Assembly (NCBI GenBank): GCA_043747615.1
Contig: JAYTOU010000023.1
Location: forward strand, 32,001 to 96,000
DNA length: 64,000 nucleotides
Source: Myxococcales bacterium
Lineage (GTDB): Bacteria; Myxococcota_A; Polyangia; Polyangiales; Polyangiaceae
Direction of reading: 5' to 3'
Both the position numbers and the translations under genes were made by a program. Below are positions 42,162-50,190 of this stretch, piece after piece. The first letter of the stretch is position 1; every line of letters starts with the position of its first letter. A model generated the notes under the pieces. That model saw only the letters and a program-made list of their open reading frames with translations. It searched no databases and had not been told where the DNA came from.

Positions 42162-43349
42162 TTGTTTTATCTCTTTTTCGCTGCCGCCTGCGTGATTGCA
42201 GCGTGCACCCCGTCGGGTACCACGAAGCGCGGCAAGCGCGGGAAAACCGAAGAGCGTGCCCTGCCGGCGATCGCCACTCCGCGCGCGCAGGCGGCGTTCG
42301 TCACCAACAATGGATCGGATTCCCTCTCGGCCATCGACCGCAACGGAACTCTCGTCACCACGGTGGCCATCGACGTCGATCCGAGCGCGCGCGAAGCACC
42401 TCACCATCTGGCGATCGACGCCCGCGCAGGAAGTCTGTTCGTCGCCTTCGCATTTCCCGCGCCGGTAGCCCCTTCGAAAGATCCGCACGCGAGCCACGGC
42501 AACGCCGAGACGCTCGGGAAGCTCGCCCGCATCGATCTCGACACGCTCGGCGTGAAGGACCTTCGCGAGGTGGACGCCAATCCAGGCGACGTGATCCTGA
42601 CCCACGATCATGCGCGGGTCCTCGTCACTCACTTCGACATGAGGCGGGCGATGAACGCTGCCGCCGCTGGAAGCCCTCCTTCGAGCTTCTTCGCGACACT
42701 CCAGGTGTGGAACGCGAAGAGCCTACAAAAAGAGGGGTCGCGGACGCTTTGTGTAGCCCCGCACGGAGTCGTCACCACCGCCGATGACAAGACTGCGATC
42801 GTCGCATGCTACGGCTCCGATGAGCTCGCCATCGTCGATCTGACGAGCCCCACCCTCGCGAGCGCACGCTTTCCACTCGGAACGGCGCAAGGAGTGCTCG
42901 GTGCGCCGCGCTACGGTCCGTACTCCGCTCTCCTCAGCCCGAACGAAGACGAAGTCGTCATCGCTGACCTCGAAGGGGCCGACGTGCGTGTCTTCGATCT
43001 GAGGGCCAAGCACTTCCTCCCGGATCGCACGATGACCCTCGGCGCCCGAGTTTTCATGAGCGAATTCGTCTCACCCACCGTCATCGTGGCGCCGTTGCAA
43101 TCGCCCGACGGGCTCGCGCGGATCGACATCGTCAAAGGCGAAATCGAAAAACGAATCGCGTTCACGAAAGAGGAATGCCAGGCACCTCATGTCGTCCGCA
43201 AAACGAAGGACGGCCGCGTTTACCTGGTTTGCGAAGGCGATCACACCCAGCCTGGCGCCGTCGCCGAGATCGATCCGGTGACGCTCGCGATCAAGAAGCG
43301 CTGGGTGGTCGGCGTATACCCCGACGGCATCGCCTTCGGTGAGGACTAG
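42162..43349 (+). CDS. YVTN/YncE-type beta-propeller lipoprotein
   Basis: IAAC lipobox; AFVTNNGSDSLSAID, PHG, VGVYPDGI repeats. Start uncertain (TTG 42162 or GTG 42111). Confidence 0.75.
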   Translation: MFYLFFAAACVIAACTPSGTTKRGKRGKTEERALPAIATPRAQAAFVTNNGSDSLSAIDRNGTLVTTVAIDVDPSAREAPHHLAIDARAGSLFVAFAFPAPVAPSKDPHASHGNAETLGKLARIDLDTLGVKDLREVDANPGDVILTHDHARVLVTHFDMRRAMNAAAAGSPPSSFFATLQVWNAKSLQKEGSRTLCVAPHGVVTTADDKTAIVACYGSDELAIVDLTSPTLASARFPLGTAQGVLGAPRYGPYSALLSPNEDEVVIADLEGADVRVFDLRAKHFLPDRTMTLGARVFMSEFVSPTVIVAPLQSPDGLARIDIVKGEIEKRIAFTKEECQAPHVVRKTKDGRVYLVCEGDHTQPGAVAEIDPVTLAIKKRWVVGVYPDGIAFGED

Positions 43350-44149
43350 GGCGCGTCCTTGCAGCAGCGGATGCCCATTTGGGCTCCTTCGTAGATTTCG
43401 CCGTGGCCCGTGGTGACGGCGCGGCAATAATTTTTTCCGGGGAGCCACCACGCGCCCTTCATTGCAGAACGATCCGGTAGGCGACCGCGGTCGAGCGTGG
43501 CCCACTCCTCGACGTTGCCCGTCATGTCGTGGACGCCGAAGGGGCTCAGGCATTTCGGAAATGCGTCGGCCGGCGCGCGCAGGTCCTTGAGGCCCGCGTT
43601 GGGGCGACCGAGATCCGTGCGGTCGGCGTTGCAGGCGGTGGGGTCGCGCTTGAAGCCATTGCCGTAGGGATATGGGTGCATCGCCTCGCCCTCGCAGGCG
43701 AACTGCCACTCGCTCTCCAGGCATAAACGCGCGCCGCGCGCTTTGCACACGCTGTCCGCGCTCGTCCACGACTGGTGCGCGAGCGGGAGTGAATCGCCGG
43801 GCTTCACGTACTCTTCGCGATCGATGCAGAAGCGCTTTTTTTCACGTACGCCGACGCACTTCGCGGGGTCCGCGTACTCCGCGCAGCGGTACTCGTGATA
43901 GGTGCCCGGCGGGTCGGTCCAGCGCTTGCAAACTTGCTGCACGTCCGGGCAATACGCGCCTTCAACGAGGACCATCTCGACGGGGCACGCGCCGGCATCT
44001 TCGAACGCGGGGACGGCGGCCTCCGTCGCGGCAGCGGCCACACAGACGAGGGGAGCGGGGGCGAGCTCACGACGCGGTGCGGAAGCTACTTCGGTTCCGC
44101 AACCAACACACAGCAGCACTAAGCAAACCGCAAATCGCCCGAAGCTCAC
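43346..44149 (-). CDS. FGE-sulfatase (SUMF1/PvdO-like, C-type lectin fold) lipoprotein
   Basis: RLC.ESEWQFAC, PYPYG, SPFGVHDMTGNVEEW, GIRCC; GTG 44149 with GGAGG SD; VGC lipobox. Confidence 0.85.
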   Translation of the reverse strand: MSFGRFAVCLVLLCVGCGTEVASAPRRELAPAPLVCVAAAATEAAVPAFEDAGACPVEMVLVEGAYCPDVQQVCKRWTDPPGTYHEYRCAEYADPAKCVGVREKKRFCIDREEYVKPGDSLPLAHQSWTSADSVCKARGARLCLESEWQFACEGEAMHPYPYGNGFKRDPTACNADRTDLGRPNAGLKDLRAPADAFPKCLSPFGVHDMTGNVEEWATLDRGRLPDRSAMKGAWWLPGKNYCRAVTTGHGEIYEGAQMGIRCCKDAP

Positions 44150-44281
44150 AGACCCTCCGCTCCAGCTGGAAGGATGCGCTTTCGACCGCGCGCGCGCCAC
44201 TTTCTCCAGGTTTTCCTTGGTGAAGGTGCGGATCTGGACTAACCCCGAAATCCGCTCGTTTCGCCACGGGCGCCGCAAAGC

Positions 44282-45130
44282 ATGACGAAGCACCTCCTCA
44301 CCGCCTCATGCCTCGCGCTGCTCGCCTGCGGAAGGGCGGAGGCGGATCAAGGCGTGATGCTCACGGGAGCCGCGATCGACGGCGGTGTCTTTGCAGCGCG
44401 TGCCGCACCTTCACCCACCGCTGCAGCGAAGGAGCTCGCCAGCGAGGTCGCGTCGAAGACCGAGTTCTGTCCGGCGGGGATGACGCTCGTCGATGGCGAG
44501 TATTGCCCCGACGTGGAGCAGCATTGCTTGAAGTGGATGGATCCTGCGGGGAGCCGCTACGAACATTTTCGCTGTGAGAAGTACGCGAAGCCGGCGTCGT
44601 GCAAGGGCAAGCGCGTGCACAAACGCTTCTGCATCGACGTCACCGAGCGTCGTGAGCCGACGAGCGAGCTCCCGATGAACAAGATGTCGTGGACGAGCGC
44701 GAAGAGCGTCTGCGAGGCAGCAGGCGAGCGGCTCTGCATGACCAGCGAGTGGCAGTTCGCATGCGAAGGTGAAGAGCTGCGCCCCTACCCATACGGCTGG
44801 GAGCGCGACAAGGAAGCGTGCAACGTCGACGTGATGACCGGGCTCGGCAAAGTCGGCGGGCTCGTCGACCATCGCATGCCGGCGAGCGCGCATCCGAAGT
44901 GCGTGAGCCCCTTCGGCGTCCGCGACATGGCCGGCAACGTCGACGAGTGGGCCACGGTCGACGGGCTCCCCGTCGGATCGCGCGAGGTGATGAAAGGCTC
45001 GTGGTGGCTCCCCGGCCGTCACGCGTGTCGAAGCTTTCAAGGTGGCCACGGCGCAAACTACGGCGGCACCGAAAGCGGCGCGCGCTGCTGCAAAGACACG
45101 TCAACGCCGCAAACGACGGCTTCGCGCTAA
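44282..45130 (+). CDS. FGE-sulfatase-domain lipoprotein, paralog of the divergent neighbour
   Basis: LLAC lipobox; RLC.TSEWQFAC, SPFGVRDMAGNVDEW, GARCC. Confidence 0.85.
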   Translation: MTKHLLTASCLALLACGRAEADQGVMLTGAAIDGGVFAARAAPSPTAAAKELASEVASKTEFCPAGMTLVDGEYCPDVEQHCLKWMDPAGSRYEHFRCEKYAKPASCKGKRVHKRFCIDVTERREPTSELPMNKMSWTSAKSVCEAAGERLCMTSEWQFACEGEELRPYPYGWERDKEACNVDVMTGLGKVGGLVDHRMPASAHPKCVSPFGVRDMAGNVDEWATVDGLPVGSREVMKGSWWLPGRHACRSFQGGHGANYGGTESGARCCKDTSTPQTTASR

Positions 45131-45702
45131 CTACCGTATTTCGCTACGAGGGCGCGAACGCGGATGACGAAGTCGGCCTGGTGAAAGCGCTCGAAATCGG
45201 CCCAGGTGGTGAGACTTCGTGTGTCGGTCACACTATCGAGGAAGAGCTTTCCCTGCAGGTGATCGACTTCGTGCTGAAAGGTTCCGGCGGTGATCCCTCT
45301 CACTTCGTAATCGAGCTCGCTGCCGTGCCGGTCCCAGGCCTTGACCCTCACGACGCATCCGCGCGGCACCTCGCCGCGGAGGTTGGGCACGGAGAGGCAG
45401 CCTTCGTAGTTCATGAAGGTCTCGTCGCCCACACGCGTGAGCTCGGGATTGACGAGCACTGTGAGCTCGATGTTCGGCTTGTACGGATAGCGCGGGTTGT
45501 TCTTCACGTGGATCGCGCAGATCTGAATGGGCTCGTAGATCTGGTTGGCGGCGAGACCGGCGCCGTTCGCGTCGTGCATCGTATCGATGAGATCGTCGAT
45601 GAAGGACTGCGTCGCGGGGGCTAGCAGCTCGTCGCGGGTCAGTCGGCGCGCCACCTGGCGAAGCACGGGATGTCCGACGGTCGCGATCTTTCGAATGGCC
45701 AT
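45127..45702 (-). CDS. def: Peptide deformylase
   Basis: GAGLAANQ, EGCLS, QHEVDHL motifs. Confidence 0.95.
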   Translation of the reverse strand: MAIRKIATVGHPVLRQVARRLTRDELLAPATQSFIDDLIDTMHDANGAGLAANQIYEPIQICAIHVKNNPRYPYKPNIELTVLVNPELTRVGDETFMNYEGCLSVPNLRGEVPRGCVVRVKAWDRHGSELDYEVRGITAGTFQHEVDHLQGKLFLDSVTDTRSLTTWADFERFHQADFVIRVRALVAKYGS

Positions 45703-45734
45703 GCGGGTCTCCAGCGCGCTCAGTTTTTGCGCGG

Positions 45735-47621
45735 CTAGCGTTTTTCAGCGAGGATGAGCGTGCGGGGAGACTCAGCGCCGAAGAACACGCCCGGCGACCC
45801 AACGCGTCCGCTCACTTCTGCAACGCGGAAGCCATGGTCATGGAGAATCTTCCCGAGCTCGTGAAGCGAGTAGACGCGAATCGAGTACTCGATCTCCTTC
45901 GAGCGCCCGTCGTCCATCATCATGGTGCGCTTCACGCGCATGCGGCTGGTGATCCAGTCGATCGACATTTCGTCCATGCAGATGCATCCGTCACCTTCGA
46001 ACCACGCGAGCGAAGGTTGCTCCCGCATCATGTAGTCGCGGTTGACGACGTCGAGCAGGAACTGCCCACCCTTGCGGAGCGATCGGTGGACGAGGTGAAC
46101 GACGTGCGCGTTCTTTTCTTCTTCGAAAAATCCGAAGCTGGTGTTCCACGAGTAGACGCCGTCGAAGGTGTCTTCGAAGGTCATCTCCCGCATGTCGCCC
46201 TGGAGGAAATTCAGCTTCTGATTTCTCTCCTGCGCTTCGTCGGCGGCGCGCGCAAGCATGGCCAAGCTGAGATCGAAGCCCGCGACTTGGTAGCCGCGGC
46301 GAGTGAGCTCTATCGCGTGACGACCCGTTCCGCAGCCTAAATCAAGCACCATCGCGGCTTTGGCCACGCCCAGGCTGTCCTCGATGAAGTCGGCCTCGCG
46401 AGCGATCTGTGCATCGGTAATCTTCGCCATGGTGCGAATGAAGTCGTCGTTGAAGAGCTCCTCCCACCACGGGCGCGCCTTCTTTCGCGCCGCAGCAGCT
46501 TCATTCATCGGCGGCGGCGCGAGCCCGCCTCCACCGGTCGGCGAAAGCACCACCAGCGGTCTACCCGTGGGCATTCCACCCTGCGGGCTAGGCGGATCGG
46601 GAAGTTGCGGGCTCGAAGCGATTCCAACCGGAGGAGGAGGAGGGGGCGCGGAGACCCGACGCGGAGGCCCGGCGAGCGCACCCGGAGGGGGCGGAGGAGG
46701 CGGCGCGTACGCCGAGGTACGCAGAGGAGGCGGCGGAACATCGAGCGCCTTGGCCGATGGGCCGGGCTTCTGCACGGAGGGAACGACCGGAACGGACACG
46801 GGGGTGATCGCCGCGGGCGACGTGGGCGAAGCCGCGAGCGGAGTCATGATGGTCGTGGCGACGGGAGAGATGATCTCCCCCGGAGGAACGGCGCTCGCGA
46901 CCCGGAGCTGCTTGACCGGCACCTTACTGACCGTTGGCGGTGGCGCTAAGGCGAGTGAAGGTGCGGCGATGAACGCAGGTTTCGGAGGGTCGCTGGTGAC
47001 TTGCACGTCCTCACCCGACGACGGCGGGACGTCTTCGTCGACCGGAATGTCCTCGCTATCGAAGCTCTCGTGAGGGGGCCGGCTCGATGGAGTCTTTCGC
47101 GGGATCCCGGCGACGGGCGTCGGCGATTCTCCGCCATCCTCGAAGACTACCGGCGGCTCGGAATCCGAGTTTGTCGTGCGCGGCATCGCCACTTCGGTGT
47201 CGGGCGCGTTTGGCGCAGGTCGCTCACTCGGAGAACGAACCGGGCCCCTGATGAGCGTGGGTGCGCCCGCAGCGAGCTCTTCTTCTTTGGCGGTAGTCCG
47301 AGAAGGAGAGACGGGCGTCGGACGCGGGGGCGCATTGATCTGAATGATCGGAGACGGCCGAATCGACTCGTAGATGACGGGCGCGGGCGGCGTGACCGAG
47401 GACGGCCGGGCCACTTCGTCGTCGGGTATACGCACGCCCACCTTCGGCCGCCGTCGCGCCGGGACTCCAGACTGAGGGTTCGACGACGGCGGCGGCGCAC
47501 GCGGCGTGATCGGCCCCTCGGTCTCCAGCGAATCTCCTCCAGGCGGCGGGTCGGTGTTTTGCACGGCGAGCTCGGCGTCTTCGGCGGAGGCAGCGACGGC
47601 GCGGGGAAGTTTTTCGGTCAT
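45735..47621 (-). CDS. Class I SAM-dependent methyltransferase with long Pro-rich N-terminal region
   Basis: VLDLGCGTGRH, GFDLS, QGDMR, TSFGFF in the C-terminal ~245 aa. Confidence 0.85.
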   Translation of the reverse strand: MTEKLPRAVAASAEDAELAVQNTDPPPGGDSLETEGPITPRAPPPSSNPQSGVPARRRPKVGVRIPDDEVARPSSVTPPAPVIYESIRPSPIIQINAPPRPTPVSPSRTTAKEEELAAGAPTLIRGPVRSPSERPAPNAPDTEVAMPRTTNSDSEPPVVFEDGGESPTPVAGIPRKTPSSRPPHESFDSEDIPVDEDVPPSSGEDVQVTSDPPKPAFIAAPSLALAPPPTVSKVPVKQLRVASAVPPGEIISPVATTIMTPLAASPTSPAAITPVSVPVVPSVQKPGPSAKALDVPPPPLRTSAYAPPPPPPPGALAGPPRRVSAPPPPPPVGIASSPQLPDPPSPQGGMPTGRPLVVLSPTGGGGLAPPPMNEAAAARKKARPWWEELFNDDFIRTMAKITDAQIAREADFIEDSLGVAKAAMVLDLGCGTGRHAIELTRRGYQVAGFDLSLAMLARAADEAQERNQKLNFLQGDMREMTFEDTFDGVYSWNTSFGFFEEEKNAHVVHLVHRSLRKGGQFLLDVVNRDYMMREQPSLAWFEGDGCICMDEMSIDWITSRMRVKRTMMMDDGRSKEIEYSIRVYSLHELGKILHDHGFRVAEVSGRVGSPGVFFGAESPRTLILAEKR

Positions 47622-48505
47622 CCCGTGTCTCCCCGTGAGGCCGTTCCATTGGTGCGACGGAGCTGCGGAGCACGCGCCAACTTCTGGCCATAGAGGACGG
47701 GGCCTTCGTCGGCGACCCAGCGTTCCATGGCTTTTTTCTCGAGGAATAGAACGATCGTCGAGCCGAGATGGAACATGCCGATTTCCGAGCCGCGCTCGAC
47801 GTAGAGCGGCGGATCAATCTGGTGATCGCCCACGGGTACGTCTCGCGACGGGATCCCGCTCACGGTGATCCGGCCCACGATCATCGCCGCCACCATCACG
47901 ACCGTCACTCGGCCGAGAGCGGTCTCGGGTGGCGTGTCGATGGCGATCGCGATGCGGCGGTTTACCGCAAAGAGATTCGGAACATGACGAACGCCGATGG
48001 AGTTTACGGGAAAGAAATCTCCCGGCATCGAGCGGACGTGATGGATGAGACCGGACACGGGAGCATGCACGCGGTGGTAGTCGCGCGGCGAGAGGTAGAC
48101 GACGCAGCCGCCGCCGCCCTCGTAACGCGCAGCCTCTTTGTCGTCGCCGACGAGATCGCGAACGCGGTACGGGCGGCCCTTCACCGTGAACGTGCGACCG
48201 GAGTCGATCATGCCCATCGACTCAAGACGGCCATCTGCCGGGCTCACGATCACCCTGGGATCTGGCTCGATCGGTCGAGCGCCGGGGCGGAGGCTGCGCG
48301 TGAAGAAATCGTCGAAGCTCGCCCATCCGTCGCGCTGTTCGCACTCTTCCACACTCACGTCGTACGCCCGGGAGTAAAGCCCGATGACGGCGCGCCCAAG
48401 CGGGGCAGGCCAGGAAAAGTCCGCAAGTCGACCCGCTGCACGGCTCATGTGAGCGCGCGGCAAGACGCGAAGAATTTGGGCCGTGGCAAAGGTGAGCGCA
48501 CTCAT
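47618..48505 (-). CDS. psd: Phosphatidylserine decarboxylase proenzyme
   Basis: FFTR.L, SPADG, YLSPRDYHRVHAP, FHLGSTIV self-cleavage motif. Start set at ATG 48505. Confidence 0.92.
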   Translation of the reverse strand: MSALTFATAQILRVLPRAHMSRAAGRLADFSWPAPLGRAVIGLYSRAYDVSVEECEQRDGWASFDDFFTRSLRPGARPIEPDPRVIVSPADGRLESMGMIDSGRTFTVKGRPYRVRDLVGDDKEAARYEGGGGCVVYLSPRDYHRVHAPVSGLIHHVRSMPGDFFPVNSIGVRHVPNLFAVNRRIAIAIDTPPETALGRVTVVMVAAMIVGRITVSGIPSRDVPVGDHQIDPPLYVERGSEIGMFHLGSTIVLFLEKKAMERWVADEGPVLYGQKLARAPQLRRTNGTASRGDTG

Positions 48506-48636
48506 GAACGCGGACGGCACCGACCCTTCAAGGCGGACTCGAGCGAAGAGAAAAGACGCGTACCTCATGGTATCTGGCACGGCTCGAATCGGTCAAATCG
48601 GAGAAGTTCTCCGGGTTTGCCAATAAGTCAGTTCCT

Positions 48637-48651
48637 GGGGCGCAGCGCCCC
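48637..48651. terminator. GC-rich hairpin immediately after the peptidase stop codon
   Basis: GGGGCGC-A-GCGCCCC palindrome; no U-tract. Confidence 0.3.
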
Positions 48652-50190
48652 TCAATCGGCGCCAAGTGGGGGCTCGCCGCGGGCACGGGCAGCCTCGCAG
48701 AGGAGGCGCAGACCGGGATCCGCCGGGAGGTCCGCCTGTGGATCCGCCGACTGGCACGCGCACTCGATCTCCAGGGGATCGGCGGCCACCGCCTCCACGA
48801 AGGAGCTGTCCGCCGTCGGCCCATCGCCCTTCGACCGCGCCATCGTTCCCCGAATAGCCCACCACGGCCCGTATGACGCGACGACCTCATTGGGATCGCC
48901 GAGGAGCGGTTCGGCTTCTTTTCCGCGTCCCGCGTCGACGAGCGCGCGCGCGCGAATGTAGCGAACGCTCGGATCGTCCAGGCTCGCGCCTTTCAGGTGA
49001 TCGAGCTCGACGAGCGCCTCGGGTGCGTGATTTCGTCCGAGAAGGAGCTCCGCCAAACGAACGCGGTCCCGAAGCTCCTTCATGTTCGGCGGTTCGGAAC
49101 CGAGCGCAAAAAGCGCCGGGAGCGCCTCTTTGGGCTTCGCAGCAATGTGGGCCCGCCATTTCAAATCCCACTGTTTGAGGTCGGAGCCGCTCGCCTCTTT
49201 CAACGCCGCATCGGGCGTTTTTCGCTGGCGCAGACCGAGGAGTAGGTGGGGGAGCGCATCGGGCGAAGACGTGGCGGCGAAGAAGCGGACGAAGCTCGTG
49301 ACCTCTGCGAAGGCCACCATCGCCGCGTCCGCGCTCGGCAACATGGCGATCGACGGCCCGAGCTTGTCGAGAGCGAGATCCAACTTGAGCTCTATTCCTC
49401 GGGAAACGACCGCGTCGACGGGGGGGCGGTCATCGAAGACACCGGGCTCTCGCCAGCGAATCTCTTCGCGCTTGGCCACTCCTTCTTGCAACCAGAGCGG
49501 CGCGCGATCGACCGTTGCCCGCGTCACCGCGAGGTGGGTGAGCTCGTGAGCGATCGTGTCGCGCCAGGCGTATCCGTGATGACTCGCCCGGGGCGACAGG
49601 AGGGTCACCCTTCCCCATTTTGCGACGGCGACCGTGCCTGTGGTCTGCGCGGATTCGTACGGCAGACCAGTCATTTGGCTGAGCGACAGGAGATCGCGAA
49701 CCACGATGATCCGGGTGGGCTTCGGCCACGTTGCGCCGATGTCTCGGGTGAGCGCGTCGCGCGCCTTGACCACGGTCTCGACGATGAAGGGGGTCATCGC
49801 GCGATCCGCTTCGTCTTGGTAACGAACTTCCACCGATGGCTCGACGTTCTTGTCGACCACGGTTGCCGCGGTGACGCGCGCGCATCCGCGAGCGATGTCC
49901 GCCAGTGCACTGCCTTGCTCCGACTTTGCGATCTCTGGCCGTGAGAGCATGGTGACCGCGCCGTCACAGTCGGCCTCGTAAAGCGCGAGGCGACCCTTTT
50001 CGAGCGCAATGTTCGGATCGTCTGGGTCTCCGGCGGCGAGCTCCTTCCGCGCCTCATCCAGATCAAGCCCCAGGATCAATTCTTCGGCACGGGAAGCGTG
50101 ATCGGAAGGCGGATCCGCATGCACCGAACCGCCGATCGCGGTGAGTGATGTGAGCGCAACGAGCCCTACGAGCCAGCTCTTGGTGTTCAT
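48652..50190 (-). CDS. Exported TPR protein with peptidase-MA-like zinc domain
   Basis: Signal peptide; HELTH + PLWLQEG gluzincin motif; helical repeats on both sides. Confidence 0.78.
   Translation of the reverse strand: MNTKSWLVGLVALTSLTAIGGSVHADPPSDHASRAEELILGLDLDEARKELAAGDPDDPNIALEKGRLALYEADCDGAVTMLSRPEIAKSEQGSALADIARGCARVTAATVVDKNVEPSVEVRYQDEADRAMTPFIVETVVKARDALTRDIGATWPKPTRIIVVRDLLSLSQMTGLPYESAQTTGTVAVAKWGRVTLLSPRASHHGYAWRDTIAHELTHLAVTRATVDRAPLWLQEGVAKREEIRWREPGVFDDRPPVDAVVSRGIELKLDLALDKLGPSIAMLPSADAAMVAFAEVTSFVRFFAATSSPDALPHLLLGLRQRKTPDAALKEASGSDLKQWDLKWRAHIAAKPKEALPALFALGSEPPNMKELRDRVRLAELLLGRNHAPEALVELDHLKGASLDDPSVRYIRARALVDAGRGKEAEPLLGDPNEVVASYGPWWAIRGTMARSKGDGPTADSSFVEAVAADPLEIECACQSADPQADLPADPGLRLLCEAARARGEPPLGAD

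Noticed and set aside
43346..45130. Diversity-generating retroelement target/template pair
   Set aside because: No reverse transcriptase in the window, and the paralog differences are not adenine-specific.
48575..48590. TGGCACG sigma54-like -24 box
   Set aside because: No GC at -12, and it is oriented opposite to the local genes.
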